A stretch of DNA of 64,000 nucleotides, from assembly GCA_964554485.1 (NCBI GenBank), contig CAZKOX010000002.1:21146-85145 (forward strand), in the 5' to 3' direction. This document shows, in pieces, positions 49,936 through 60,370 of this stretch. Made by a program: the position numbers and the translations under genes. Source of the DNA: an uncultured Candidatus Saccharibacteria bacterium. GTDB taxonomy: Bacteria > Patescibacteriota > Saccharimonadia > Saccharimonadales > JAGQMS01. The notes below the pieces were generated by a model. That model did not search any database, was not told the origin of the DNA, and was given only the letters and a program-made list of their open reading frames with translations. How positions within the stretch are numbered: position 1 is the first letter of the stretch; the number at the start of each line of letters is the position of its first letter.

Positions 49936-51609
49936 ATGAAAGAGGCGCTCGAAAGACAGATTAGTAATATTGTTCAGAAGTTATTTAACTCTGATCCAAA
50001 AATTGTATTAACACGACCTGAAGCAAAGTTTGGCGACTTTAGCACGAATGTTGCAATGCAACTTGGCGGCAAGCCGACCGAAAACGCTAGCAAAATAATT
50101 GAGGAATTAGAAAAACTTAATGAAGTATCTAGTGCTGTAATTGCCGGTCCTGGATTTATCAACATTATTCTTAATGACGACATCCTCCAATCTGTTATTC
50201 CAGAAGTTTTGGCCAAAGGAGAAGCTTACGGCAAGAACAATATGTATGCCGGTAAGACGGTTGTAGCTGAATACTCTGACCCAAACCCGTTCAAAGTTTT
50301 ACATGCCGGTCATCTATACACCACCCTGATCGGTGATGTTATTGCTAATCTTTTAGAATCTGCCGGAGCTCAAGTAAAGCGCGTCAACTTTGGCGGAGAT
50401 GTTGGTCTGCACGTCGGGACGACCATGTGGGCAATCATTCAAGAACTTGGTGGTGAAAGCCCTGAAAAACTGGCAGAAATAAAAGTTGATGAACGAATGC
50501 GTTGGGTTAGTGCACAATACGTTAAAGGTAGCCAGGCTCTTGCCGATGACGAAGCAGCTCAAGCCGAAATCAGAGACATAAACAAGCGTGTTTATGCTCT
50601 GCATGAAACTAATGATCACGAATCTCCGTTTGCTCAAATTTATTGGACCTGTCGGCAGTGGAGTTATGATGGTTTTAATGATCTATATAAGTTATTGCAG
50701 GTTGCTCCGTTTGATAAATATTATCCAGAGAGCGAGACAACCGAACTTGGCCTTAAATCTGTTAATGAGGGCTTAAAGAGTGGTGTTTTTGAAAAATCCG
50801 ATGGCGCGGTAGTTCTAAAGGGTGAGTCTAAAGGTCTGCACACCAGAGTATTCCTAACCTCTGAAGGACTTCCTACGTATGAGGCCAAAGATCTTGGCTT
50901 GGCTCTAACCAAGTGGCGGGATTATCACTTTGACCAAAGCATAATGATTACCGGTAATGACATTGTTGAATATATGAAAGTTGTTCAGTTGGCGCTTTAT
51001 GCTTTCCAGCCGGAAATATGCGAAAGGTCCAAGCACCTGACACATGGCATGCTAAAGCTGGCGGGTGGTCAAAAAATGAGCAGTCGAAAAGGCAATGTTT
51101 TGCTTGCGAGTGAGGTTCTTGAATCGGCTGAAGCAGCTAATAAAACTCATTCTGGAAAAGACCAACACGAAACAGTCCTTGCGGCCATTAAATACGCCTT
51201 CTTAAAACAGCGTATCGGTGGTGATATTATTTATAACCCCGAAGAATCAGTAAGTATTTTAGGCAATTCCGGGCCATATTTGCAGTACGCTCACGCCAGA
51301 GCCATGTCGATTTTAAAAAAGAGCCCAAACGGGGCAGACGCCTATAAACTTGATGCCACAGAGCGCCAATTGGTGCGAAAAATTGGCGAATTTACAGAGG
51401 TAGTTGAAGCAGCAGTCAATGAACTGTCGCCGCACCTAGTTTGTACATATTTGTATGAATTAGCGCAGGAATTTAATAGTTTTTATGAAGCAAATCGTGT
51501 GATTGGCGACGACCGAGAAGGTATGCGCCTAAGCCTTGTAGGTGCCTATGTACGTGTTTTAAAAAACGGCCTCAAAATTCTGGGCGTAACTGCTCCAGAT
51601 AGTATGTAG
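49936..51609 (+). CDS. argS: Arginyl-tRNA synthetase
   Basis: 557 aa. SDPNPFKVLHAGH (HIGH region), an MSSRKG variant of KMSK, and a C-terminal DALR anticodon-binding pattern. Confidence 0.9.
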   Translation: MKEALERQISNIVQKLFNSDPKIVLTRPEAKFGDFSTNVAMQLGGKPTENASKIIEELEKLNEVSSAVIAGPGFINIILNDDILQSVIPEVLAKGEAYGKNNMYAGKTVVAEYSDPNPFKVLHAGHLYTTLIGDVIANLLESAGAQVKRVNFGGDVGLHVGTTMWAIIQELGGESPEKLAEIKVDERMRWVSAQYVKGSQALADDEAAQAEIRDINKRVYALHETNDHESPFAQIYWTCRQWSYDGFNDLYKLLQVAPFDKYYPESETTELGLKSVNEGLKSGVFEKSDGAVVLKGESKGLHTRVFLTSEGLPTYEAKDLGLALTKWRDYHFDQSIMITGNDIVEYMKVVQLALYAFQPEICERSKHLTHGMLKLAGGQKMSSRKGNVLLASEVLESAEAANKTHSGKDQHETVLAAIKYAFLKQRIGGDIIYNPEESVSILGNSGPYLQYAHARAMSILKKSPNGADAYKLDATERQLVRKIGEFTEVVEAAVNELSPHLVCTYLYELAQEFNSFYEANRVIGDDREGMRLSLVGAYVRVLKNGLKILGVTAPDSM

Positions 51610-51668
51610 GCAAGTTGGTGTGCTTTCTACCCTAGGCTTTTTTTAGCTAGGCGGAGTAAAATGAAGCT

Positions 51669-52055
51669 ATGAAGTTTATCACCACAGCAAAAGAACTAAC
51701 CATTGTTCTAGACCGTAAGGAGCAAATTGCCGCTTTGAAGGCCAAGATCGTGATAAAAAGATCAGAACTTAAAGAACTTCGGTGGTGTGACATTTTCTCG
51801 GACTGGAATCGTTGGGAAGTTCGCTTACCTGGAGCTGCAATTCCAGGACGATTAATTGCTGGATCGTATTGGACAGAAAAGGGTTGGGATTTTCTATATT
51901 TACGTCGACCGGTAGGCTTTCGGAAGCCCAAAGTAGCCGACGTTATTATTATTGAGCTAAAAGGACACGGTCGCTACGAAAGAGTTATTTTTAGTGCGTC
52001 AAAGAAGGACTTTGAACATCTCAGTAAATGGCAAAAAGGATCTTTAAAAAAATGA
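51669..52055 (+). CDS. Hypothetical protein
   Basis: 128-aa ORF, no motif recognised. Confidence 0.4.
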   Translation: MKFITTAKELTIVLDRKEQIAALKAKIVIKRSELKELRWCDIFSDWNRWEVRLPGAAIPGRLIAGSYWTEKGWDFLYLRRPVGFRKPKVADVIIIELKGHGRYERVIFSASKKDFEHLSKWQKGSLKK

Positions 52056-52639
52056 ATAACTTTCCGACTAGGTTATTTTGGATAGACCTTGAGATGACTG
52101 GTTTGAGGCCGGCCAAGGATAAGATCACCGAAGTAGCAGTAATTATTACTGACTTCGACCTTAACGAATTAGCAACCTACGAAGCGTCCGTTAAACATCC
52201 CGAAGCAGTTCTTAGAAAATTAACAAGCGAAAGTGTTTGGCATACGACCCAGCCAGAATATACCGAAAAAATAATTCAGGACAGCTTGAAAGGCAAGTCG
52301 GAAGATATCGTGCAGCAAGAACTTATTCAATTGGTTCAAAAACACATTGGCTTATCAAAAAAACCAGCTGACTACCCACATTTTCCTGGAAGTCTTGAAG
52401 CAAAAGGCGAGGTCTTTTTAGCTGGCAATTCGATAGCTACCGACCAGGCATTTATTGATCTGCAGTGGCCAGATTTTGCAAGAATACTGCATTATCGAAC
52501 ATTAGATGTCAGTAGCTTTAAGCTTTGGTTGTTAGGCTCAAAACACCTAGCTAAATTTGAAAAACGCATGTCACATCGAGCGCTGGACGACATCCGCGAA
52601 TCAATTGCCGAGATGAAATACTATACCGAGAATATGTAA
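52052..52639 (+). CDS. orn: Oligoribonuclease (DEDDh 3'-5' exonuclease)
   Basis: MNNFPTRLFWIDLEMTGL.. aligns with the Orn N-terminus. HRALDDIRESI is the C-terminal motif. The track ORF starts 24 nt upstream. Confidence 0.85.
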   Translation: MNNFPTRLFWIDLEMTGLRPAKDKITEVAVIITDFDLNELATYEASVKHPEAVLRKLTSESVWHTTQPEYTEKIIQDSLKGKSEDIVQQELIQLVQKHIGLSKKPADYPHFPGSLEAKGEVFLAGNSIATDQAFIDLQWPDFARILHYRTLDVSSFKLWLLGSKHLAKFEKRMSHRALDDIRESIAEMKYYTENM

Positions 52640-52989
52640 TGGAACCACTTAATCATAAAACGGTCGAAGATTACGTTTTGAGCTTTCCGAACTCTCGTAG
52701 GGATTTTCCTTTTGGCGATGAGGTTGCGGTATACAAAACAAAAATTGGCGACGAAGAAAAAATGTATGCATTGATTCAAGAAGAGAAGTTACCGGTTCGA
52801 ATTAGCCTAAAATGCGATCCTCAGCTGTCAGAGCTATTGCGTGAAAAATATGAAACTGTCATGCCTGGATATCATCTGAACAAAAAGCATTGGAATACGA
52901 TTGTGCTAACCGGACAAATGCCCTGGGAAGAAGTAAAGAGTCTAATACTACTAAGCTACAATCTTGTTACTGAGCGGACGAATAATTAA
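52639..52989 (+). CDS. MmcQ/YjbR-family protein
   Basis: 116 aa, with a ..PGYHLNKKHWNTI.. motif. Confidence 0.6.
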   Translation: MEPLNHKTVEDYVLSFPNSRRDFPFGDEVAVYKTKIGDEEKMYALIQEEKLPVRISLKCDPQLSELLREKYETVMPGYHLNKKHWNTIVLTGQMPWEEVKSLILLSYNLVTERTNN

Positions 52990-53581
52990 AGGGTAGAAGC
53001 TCAGCATGAGCATTAAATACCCTGATTGTGTTCTTTATTTTTGTGTTGCTTTGGGCCATAAAAACATCTGCTAGCCTTTCTTCGTAGCTTACTAATTTAT
53101 CGTCGAATAAACTACTATAAACCGAATCAAAGTCGTTTGCCGTTCTAGCTTCTTCAAGTTTTGCGTCATTGCTCTCGGTCTTATATTTTGAGAGATCCGT
53201 TTCAACCAGCTTCACATCGAGGCTGCTAATCATTTTTTTGGTCTTTATAAGGTCGCTTAGGATTGTTAAATAGCTGGTTTGAGCAGATCCACGAACATTG
53301 GTGTTAACGCTATTTTTTACGCCAATTTCGGCCACTCTAACAAGTTCTGTTTGATAAGCCGCAAGGTCGATAAGCTCGGCAGATCCACGCCGATTTTTTG
53401 CTTGAATAACAGACATAAAAACGAAAATCAGAACAATCAATACTATTCCCGCAATAATAATAGTTAGTGTGCGTTGGGCCTTAGAATTGCTAGTTCTAAA
53501 ACGTCTTGGTTTGGGAGGAGTTGACTGCAAAATAAAATCTAGATCTGGTGGAGTGGTAGAGGTTGGCTGTTGCGGCTGCAT
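52967..53581 (-). CDS. Hypothetical membrane-anchored protein
   Basis: 204 aa. Pro/Thr-rich N-terminus and a single TM (LTIIIAGIVLIVLIFVFMSVI). Confidence 0.45.
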   Translation of the reverse strand: MQPQQPTSTTPPDLDFILQSTPPKPRRFRTSNSKAQRTLTIIIAGIVLIVLIFVFMSVIQAKNRRGSAELIDLAAYQTELVRVAEIGVKNSVNTNVRGSAQTSYLTILSDLIKTKKMISSLDVKLVETDLSKYKTESNDAKLEEARTANDFDSVYSSLFDDKLVSYEERLADVFMAQSNTKIKNTIRVFNAHAELLPFNYSSAQ

Positions 53582-53635
53582 TGTTTAAGCATAACTGATT
53601 AGTCTGGGCGGTGCAAAATATGGCTATAAAAGAAA

Positions 53636-54335
53636 GTCCCCCGTGCGCCTATGAGGGCGCACGGGGGTGAGCTGACGGAGCAAGGCAAGTATCACTCATC
53701 AACGCAGTTTCAGCTGCGGAGACTGGTCGTTAGCGGCGACCAGTCACGTCAGGTTATTTTTGGCTCAATCCGCTTATTAGCAGAGAGCAGTGAAGGTATT
53801 GATCTCGTAGTGAGTCTTCGAGAACATCTCGACGATTTGGTCGAAATGTTTTGTCCGCTTAAGCGGACGGCTCGAAGGTCTACTACGAGATTGACCCCGG
53901 GTCTCTATCGAGACTCTGGCGGCGTCCATTCAAGGACCCGGGGTCTTGACCGGCAGCCAGCAGTAGGGCATTACTGCGGCGCCAGTGATTTTAAGGGGAG
54001 CAAGTTAATGCTCAACCTTTATTGAAAGACCATGGAGGTCCGGCGGGTTGCCCCGCCGAACCTCCTCTTAGGGCGTAGGAGTTCGAAGTAGGTTGCCCTA
54101 CATCGCTTGCTTCGCCTTCGCTGGACCGACGCACACTGGCTTGGGTTTAAAGCCCATGGGCGCGGGTATCTATTCCGCACCATTCCCAGCTGTCGGTGTC
54201 TCTGTGTTTTCGCCTTGCGGCGAGGCAGGGAGTCCGCATGGGTCTCCCACTGGCTCCGCTCGTCAGTTCCAGCCCAGGCGAACCCGGGGTTGACGGTAGA
54301 CGAACGGAGTATGTTTGCTACTTTGTAGCGATATC
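53636..54335. ncRNA. Candidate large structured non-coding element (GC-rich, hairpin-dense, class unknown); strand uncertain, with a terminator-like end on the minus strand
   Basis: About 57% GC against AT-rich flanks, and only implausible Arg-rich ORFs. Many perfect local stems, for example GACCCCGGGTC/GACCCGGGGTC (53893-53946), GACTGGTCG/CGACCAGTC (53721-53745), GGAGGTCCGGCGGG ttgc CCCGCCGAACCTCC (54035-54066), and CCCCCGTGCGCC/GGCGCACGGGGG (53638-53667) followed on the minus strand by ACTTTCTTTTAT. Confidence 0.35.
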
Positions 54336-54509
54336 GAACCTCTGGGGTTAATCCAAAAATACCATAACGCTACAAAGAAGACCGCCTTTTTTAAAAAAAT
54401 ACCTTCACTTGTAAAATAACACCTACAAAAAAGTAGGTAAGTAATGTTATACCAGATTACGTGTTAGAATGTCAACATAAATAGTTAATGTTTTACAGAG
54501 GTAGCAATT

Positions 54510-56252
54510 TTGGACGCGGTTGAGGACATAAAAGCAAAGTTATCGATTGAGGAAGTGATTGGTGATTACCTCGAGCTTAAGCGTGCCGGGCGAAATTTAA
54601 AAGCCAATAGTCCCTTCAGCAACGAAAAAACACCTAGTTTCATGGTTAGCCCAGAAAAACAGATCTGGCACGACTTTTCTAGCAACCGCGGTGGCAACAT
54701 GTTTAGCTTTGTAATGGAGATGGAAGGGGTCGATTTTCGTGGAGCTTTGGAACTTCTTGCCCGTAAGGCCGGAATCGATCTAAGCCAATACAACCGTGGG
54801 CCAGATAACAGTCAGCGAAAAGCTAGATTATCTGAAGCATTAGAGCTTGCCACAAAGTACTTTCAACAAGCCTTGGTTAAATCGCCGTCGGCTCAAGACT
54901 ATTTGCTTAAAAAGCGTGGTTTTACAAAAAACACTCTAACAACCTTTCGACTTGGTTATTCACCGGACAGCACTGACGGCTTAGTATGGGCACTTAAAAA
55001 ACGCGGTTTTACAGAAGAAGAAATAAAAGCCGCCGGCCTAGGCACGCAGCGTTACAGCGGATTTTCAGATATGTTTCGGGGTCGAATTATGGTGCCGCTC
55101 AAAGATCCGCAAGGCGCGGTTATTGGGTTTACAGCTCGTATATTAATTGACGACCCTAATGCTCCAAAATATTTTAATACTCCACAAACACTTTTATACG
55201 ACAAAGGCCGACATATTTTTGGACTGTCGGAGGCTAAGCAGGCGATTCGCTCTAGCGGCTATGTAGTAATGGTTGAAGGTAATCTTGATGTAATTTCGAG
55301 CCATCAGGCCGGCGTGAAGCAGGTAATTGCCACGGCCGGCACGGCGCTGACTGACTATCATCTAAAAACTTTGTCGCGTTTTTCAGAAGATATTCGAATT
55401 GCATTTGACCAAGACGAAGCCGGTCTTCGGGCTACAGAACGAGCGATTGGAATGGCCGCCGCTGCCGGTATTCGATTGAGTGTTATCGACATCGAAGACG
55501 GCAAAGACCCCGACGAACTAGCCAGTAAAAATCCAAAGGCTTGGGCGGCAGCCGTTGATAAGCCAGTTTATGCCATGGACTGGTTGCGCCATAGGTACAT
55601 GAAGTTAAACGATATAACTTCTGCGTCAGGCAAGAAAAACTACACTTCACTAATGCTAAAAGTTATCTCAACCCTCCAAGATCCGGTTGAGCAAGAACAT
55701 TATCTTGATGCTCTAGCTAAAGATATTGATGCTAGTCGCTCGGCAATTCGTAGTAAGTACAGCCAATTTAAAGAAGGGGCAGAGAGGCGCTACAAACGAC
55801 CAAGAGTCGAACCGGTTCAATCTGGTCCCGATCCACACGTTTATCAAGACCATCTCCTTGCACTGTTAATCGGTTATCCGATAACTCGTCGGGTGCTTGA
55901 AACTATCGACAATGAGCCGGTTTTTGCCAGTCCTGAGCGTCAATTTGTATTTGAATATATTGCCCTGCATCCCCACGACAGTATTACCGACGTCCCAGAG
56001 GATTTGCAAAATACCACCGACTATGTGAAAATCCTCTTATTACTTGCAGAAGAGCTATATGCGACGTTTGACGCCAATGAGCGTCTCAGAGAGGCACACG
56101 ACCTCGTTCGTCACCTGCAGAAGGATTATAAAAAGTCAGAGATAAACAAACTTAGTGCTGCTGTTCGCGACGCCGAAGAACGTGGCGACGAAAAAGAAGT
56201 AGCGAAGCTGTTGGGCAGTTTTAACAACCTCTTAAAACAAGACAAGGAGTAA
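54510..56252 (+). CDS. dnaG: DNA primase
   Basis: 580 aa. Zinc-ribbon region ([24 protein letters not shown]) and a TOPRIM domain ([17 protein letters not shown]). Confidence 0.9.
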   Translation: MDAVEDIKAKLSIEEVIGDYLELKRAGRNLKANSPFSNEKTPSFMVSPEKQIWHDFSSNRGGNMFSFVMEMEGVDFRGALELLARKAGIDLSQYNRGPDNSQRKARLSEALELATKYFQQALVKSPSAQDYLLKKRGFTKNTLTTFRLGYSPDSTDGLVWALKKRGFTEEEIKAAGLGTQRYSGFSDMFRGRIMVPLKDPQGAVIGFTARILIDDPNAPKYFNTPQTLLYDKGRHIFGLSEAKQAIRSSGYVVMVEGNLDVISSHQAGVKQVIATAGTALTDYHLKTLSRFSEDIRIAFDQDEAGLRATERAIGMAAAAGIRLSVIDIEDGKDPDELASKNPKAWAAAVDKPVYAMDWLRHRYMKLNDITSASGKKNYTSLMLKVISTLQDPVEQEHYLDALAKDIDASRSAIRSKYSQFKEGAERRYKRPRVEPVQSGPDPHVYQDHLLALLIGYPITRRVLETIDNEPVFASPERQFVFEYIALHPHDSITDVPEDLQNTTDYVKILLLLAEELYATFDANERLREAHDLVRHLQKDYKKSEINKLSAAVRDAEERGDEKEVAKLLGSFNNLLKQDKE

Positions 56253-56254
56253 TT

Positions 56255-57370
56255 TTGGGAAAAAAAGACGATATTAGTGATGTAATGCAAAAAACCAAAC
56301 AAGATCTACTTGCTAAGGCTAAGGCTGAAGGCAAAATTGAACAGAAAGATATTTTTTCAGCCATTCCCGACACTGCCGAAAACCTCGATGTTCTCGACAG
56401 TCTCTATACTGACTTGGCCGAAGCTAACATCGCAATCACTGCCGGCGATGAACCAGCCGATGTCGAAACTGCAGACGAATGGGCGGTTGAAGACGGTGAA
56501 GAAGAAATCGTACTCGAAGAAAAAGTTTATCTAGATGATATCGCCGATGACTCAGTGCGACTCTACCTTCGAGAAATCGGTAAAATACCACTTCTAACCT
56601 CTGAAGAAGAGTTGGCTTTGGCGCATCGTGTAGTTGCAGGCGAAAAACGCGCTAAAGACAAGATGGCCGAAGCTAACATGCGTCTTGTGGTGTCGATAGC
56701 CAAACGCTATGTTGGCCGTGGACTCGACCTACTAGACCTTATTCAAGAGGGAAATACCGGTTTACTACGAGCAGTTGAAAAGTTCGACCCCGACAAGGGC
56801 TTTAAATTTTCGACTTATGCAACTTGGTGGATTCGACAGGCTATCACGCGAGCCATAGCCGATCAGGCTCGAACAATTCGTATTCCAGTACACATGGTTG
56901 AAACAATCAATAAATTGCTTCGCACTCAAAGGCGACTCACTCAAGAGCTAAACCGCGAGCCAACCAACGAAGAAATCGCCAAAGAGATGGAAATCGAAGT
57001 CGAAAAAGTCGAACACATCATGAAGATTAAGCAGGAGATTCATTCGCTTGACCAAAGTGTCCGCGACGATGACGAAGATACGACTCTTGCAGATTTTGTG
57101 CCTGACGAAGATTCTAAACTTCCGGAAGAAATGGCCGGCGAACAGCTTTTGAAGACTCAAGTTAAAGATATGCTCAGCATGTTGACCGACCGCGAACAAA
57201 AAATTCTTAAACTACGATTTGGTCTTGAAGATGGCAAGAGCCACACACTTGAAGAAGTAGGTCAAGAATTCTCGGTTACTCGTGAACGTATTCGCCAAAT
57301 TGAGGCCAAAGCACTCGCTAAACTTCGAAAACACAAAGACGCTAAGCGACTACTCGACTATATTCGCTAG
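56255..57370 (+). CDS. rpoD: RNA polymerase sigma-70 factor RpoD
   Basis: 371 aa. Region 2 ([28 protein letters not shown]) and region 4 ([20 protein letters not shown]). Confidence 0.95.
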   Translation: MGKKDDISDVMQKTKQDLLAKAKAEGKIEQKDIFSAIPDTAENLDVLDSLYTDLAEANIAITAGDEPADVETADEWAVEDGEEEIVLEEKVYLDDIADDSVRLYLREIGKIPLLTSEEELALAHRVVAGEKRAKDKMAEANMRLVVSIAKRYVGRGLDLLDLIQEGNTGLLRAVEKFDPDKGFKFSTYATWWIRQAITRAIADQARTIRIPVHMVETINKLLRTQRRLTQELNREPTNEEIAKEMEIEVEKVEHIMKIKQEIHSLDQSVRDDDEDTTLADFVPDEDSKLPEEMAGEQLLKTQVKDMLSMLTDREQKILKLRFGLEDGKSHTLEEVGQEFSVTRERIRQIEAKALAKLRKHKDAKRLLDYIR

Positions 57371-57999
57371 TCAACAATAGCTGGCATCACTCTTTCTCGT
57401 AAAGCCTCGGCAATCAGTGCTCGGGCGGCTTCGGGGTTAGTTGTTTCGTTAATGTTGTTAGCTATCGTAAAGTCGGCTAGGGCAATGGCTGGACCCTTGT
57501 GAAGATTGTAGATTTCGGCCTCATCGCGCTGCCGGAGTTCTTCTTCTGATAGTGGGCGTTCTGCACGATTTGCACCGCGTCTTACTCGAACGTTCCAGTC
57601 GGCAGCAAGAGCCACCACAATCAGAGAATCCTGACCGAAGGCTTCTTTTAAAACTGTTCGCTCCTCATCGCTATAAAGATTATCGACGATTACTAGCTTT
57701 CCTGAATCCACCTGTTGTTTCATGGTCGGAAGCATCTTCTCGGCCATAACTCCCATTCCAGATTCAGCGCGCCATCGTTCGCGGATAAGTTGTTCCTTTT
57801 TGGCTTGAGTAAGGACTGCTTCTTCCTCGGTCCAGTCATTTTCGGCATCTCTCCTGGCAACTTCTTCGGTACTTCCGAGATGCACGAAGGCTTGAGGTAT
57901 TTTTGCGTCATCAAGCAGTTTTTGCATTATCCCGCGGGCCGTGGACTTTCCGGTCATCGGCAGGCCGGTAAAGGCTATAACTTTAATTTTCATATACAT
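57367..57999 (-). CDS. P-loop NTPase/kinase-like protein
   Basis: 210 aa. An N-terminal [12 protein letters not shown]-loop is the only motif recognised. Confidence 0.45.
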   Translation of the reverse strand: MYMKIKVIAFTGLPMTGKSTARGIMQKLLDDAKIPQAFVHLGSTEEVARRDAENDWTEEEAVLTQAKKEQLIRERWRAESGMGVMAEKMLPTMKQQVDSGKLVIVDNLYSDEERTVLKEAFGQDSLIVVALAADWNVRVRRGANRAERPLSEEELRQRDEAEIYNLHKGPAIALADFTIANNINETTNPEAARALIAEALRERVMPAIVD

Positions 58000-58094
58000 C
58001 TATATTAGCAAAATATATATTTTTAATGTTTGAATAATTCTTTTATAGTAGTTGCGTGTTACAGTAGAAACAGTCTCCCCAAGATTTATAAAAC

Positions 58095-58949
58095 ATGAAC
58101 AAACGAGTTGAGAGAAACATCTTAAAAAAAGGCGATATCGCTTATTATTCGAGTCGCCGATTTTTTCCTAATGGGACACGCGACGACATCGCAAAACTAT
58201 ATAGTTTTGTTCGAGTTGTTAGCGATTATGTCTATGCTAACCCAGCCGATATAGAATCGTTCAAATATATTGTTCGACGTTGGCAGGCAATAAAAAAAGC
58301 CAAAGATTTCGGACATTTCCAACCAGCCGACAAGTCTTTAAATGAAAGGGTGCTTGGTAATATCTGCTACATCATTCATCGATTTGATTGTGATTCGTCA
58401 TGGATTGATAGCTTTCTAAGGTCAATGACTATGGATATTCGAGCAAAATCGTACGGTAATATCCGCGACACCGTCGATTATATGCACGGTTCGTCTGAAG
58501 TAATTGCCCAAATGATGGCAAAAATTATGCGTCTGCCAAATGCAAGTATCCACTTCGCCAAAATGCAGGGCAGGGCCTTTGAAATAATAAACTTCCTTCG
58601 CGACTTGAGTATTGATACTTCTGCTGGCCGAAATTATTTTCCGCAAAACGAGATCAAAAAGTTTGGCCTAGACAAGCTCGACGAAACCAATGCTTTAAAA
58701 CACCCCGAGGAATTCAAGAAGTTTATTCGTTTTCAGATCAAACGTTACAAACTTTGGCAGAAAGATGCCGATAAGGGTCTTCAATTTGTACCACGACGAA
58801 TGAAGATTGCGCTTCGTACGGCCATTGATATGTATGCTTGGATGGCCAAGAAAATCGACAAAGACCCTTATATTGTGTTTGAAAAGAGAATTAAGCCACG
58901 GCGCAGCAAAGTTGCTCGTGCGGCCACGAGACGTCTCATTCGCCCGTAG
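58095..58949 (+). CDS. Squalene/phytoene synthase-family protein
   Basis: 284 aa. YYSSRRFFP..IAKLYSFVRVVSDYV and ..INFLRDLSIDTSAGRNYFP resemble the two Asp-rich-region contexts of trans-isoprenyl diphosphate synthases (head-to-head). Confidence 0.6.
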   Translation: MNKRVERNILKKGDIAYYSSRRFFPNGTRDDIAKLYSFVRVVSDYVYANPADIESFKYIVRRWQAIKKAKDFGHFQPADKSLNERVLGNICYIIHRFDCDSSWIDSFLRSMTMDIRAKSYGNIRDTVDYMHGSSEVIAQMMAKIMRLPNASIHFAKMQGRAFEIINFLRDLSIDTSAGRNYFPQNEIKKFGLDKLDETNALKHPEEFKKFIRFQIKRYKLWQKDADKGLQFVPRRMKIALRTAIDMYAWMAKKIDKDPYIVFEKRIKPRRSKVARAATRRLIRP

Positions 58950-59012
58950 GTCGCATTGACATTTCAAGCTGCTTATGCTATACTCTAACTAGTAATAAGG
59001 AAACAAAAATAT

Positions 59013-59573
59013 ATGAGCCACGAAACACCAACCACTAGCCTAGAAGCCGATAACGGCGCAGCTATCTTAACTCCTTCACAAGTAGATGACATTCTTATGA
59101 CTGGCGCAGAGCTCGATACAGTAGAGCCATTGAAAGTTATGCTTACAGAAGATGAAAAAGCAGAAGGGGTGACGGATGTAGAATGTGCCGGGGTTTCACC
59201 CTATGCACTAAATAGTCGGCCTGAAGAAAGAAGTAAGCTAAGTGTTGATTTTAAAGGCGCGGTCGTAAGACTTCAGCATCGTCCTGATGGCGACAGATCA
59301 AGACTTGAGGTTACGACTCAGACAAGTAATACAAATCTTGACGGAAAGCATATCAGCGAAGACCACCAAGAAGTTTATGAATTTGACGAAGCTGGACGAC
59401 CCGTTAAAGGTTTTCATAGAGTTCTAAAAGTTTATGCAACCTTTAAAGATCACCCAAAAGGCGACCGAGCTACAGAAGTTGTTGATGGTGACCCAATTGT
59501 CGGCGAAGAGCTAGTTGCCAAAGCTACTGCACGCGTTAAAGACGTTCAGACTTGCGTTAATGCAGGCATCTAA
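59013..59573 (+). CDS. Hypothetical protein
   Basis: 186-aa ORF, no motif. Confidence 0.4.
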   Translation: MSHETPTTSLEADNGAAILTPSQVDDILMTGAELDTVEPLKVMLTEDEKAEGVTDVECAGVSPYALNSRPEERSKLSVDFKGAVVRLQHRPDGDRSRLEVTTQTSNTNLDGKHISEDHQEVYEFDEAGRPVKGFHRVLKVYATFKDHPKGDRATEVVDGDPIVGEELVAKATARVKDVQTCVNAGI

Positions 59574-59653
59574 GAATTTTAAATTTAACTAGTTTCGATA
59601 TTCTTCGGTTCTAAAGTTTATAGATAGGTTATTATTGAAGAAGTTAATTTTTC

Positions 59654-60370
59654 ATGAATAATATTAAACCTATTGATCGGACAGATTTTTCGCTCGAGCG
59701 TAAGCTAATTTTTCAACAAGATTTAGCTACGGAACTCGAGAGCTATGTTTTATCAAAACATCCGGAATTTGTTGGTGAATTTGAAAAATCTTTTCCGAAA
59801 TCGTCTGAATCTAATGAATCTTTGGGCGAAAGGTTAGCAATTCGTTTTTGTCTTCCAGTTACAATGCATAGATATTTGCAGGCTGCAGGATTATTGGTCG
59901 ATGTGTCGCCGCTAGAATATATAGATAAAGTTTGGGCTGCTTTTGAGACTACAACAAACAGACATTGGTCACGACCGAAGCTTTCTAGGCTTACGAGAAA
60001 AGAATACGGGATAGAAGTTATCTCTGCGGGCATCAAGTGGCTAAATGAACCGGTGACGAGTGACTCTAGAAAAAGAATGATTGAATCTGGATACTGTGAT
60101 AATAACGAACAGATTGAAAAGTATATAAAATACCTTCACGGGAAAACAGTTGAAGAGATCGTAACCGTACGACCTGCTGTTATTACGCTGCAAAGTCCAG
60201 TAGGAGCCGGTCTTGCTCATTCGGTGATTGGCTGGGATATAAAAGACGGTAATTTAATTTATTCAAATGTGGATGAGCGAGATGGCGGCCGAATCGCTTT
60301 AACTAAGGCGCCGCTAACTTGTCTTGCGACAGACGTGGCTAAAAATGGCGCCGTCACTATCCTTGTATAA
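59654..60370 (+). CDS. Hypothetical protein
   Basis: 238-aa ORF, no motif. Confidence 0.4.
   Translation: MNNIKPIDRTDFSLERKLIFQQDLATELESYVLSKHPEFVGEFEKSFPKSSESNESLGERLAIRFCLPVTMHRYLQAAGLLVDVSPLEYIDKVWAAFETTTNRHWSRPKLSRLTRKEYGIEVISAGIKWLNEPVTSDSRKRMIESGYCDNNEQIEKYIKYLHGKTVEEIVTVRPAVITLQSPVGAGLAHSVIGWDIKDGNLIYSNVDERDGGRIALTKAPLTCLATDVAKNGAVTILV

Noticed and set aside
53631-54300. RNase P RNA hypothesis for islet 3, based on GAAAGTCC (53633), GGAGCAAGGC (53677), CAGAGAGCA (53781) and GAACCCGG (54280) on the plus strand.
   Set aside because: The motifs are not collinear with bacterial type A RNase P RNA. The sequence after GAAAGTCC forms a local 12-bp perfect hairpin instead of P5/P7. Several 8-10-mer matches between a 700-nt GC-rich region and a 377-nt reference are expected by chance. 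A covariance-model scan is needed for a definitive answer.
53651-54328. Plus-strand ORFs of 124, 66 and 73 aa inside GC-rich islet 3.
   Set aside because: They are Arg/Gly-rich with no motif, mixed codon usage and no convincing RBS, and they overlap a dense set of perfect hairpins. Chance ORFs of this length are expected in GC-rich sequence.
53636-54335. tmRNA or ORF-less group II intron hypotheses for islet 3. The cues were TAATAA after ..TALC on the minus strand and GTGCGCC..GAGGG near the plus-strand 5' end.
   Set aside because: There is no tRNA-Ala-like acceptor/T-arm end and no plausible tag for a tmRNA. For a group II intron, I found no domain V-like hairpin (AGC triad, 2-nt bulge, GNRA loop) on either strand.
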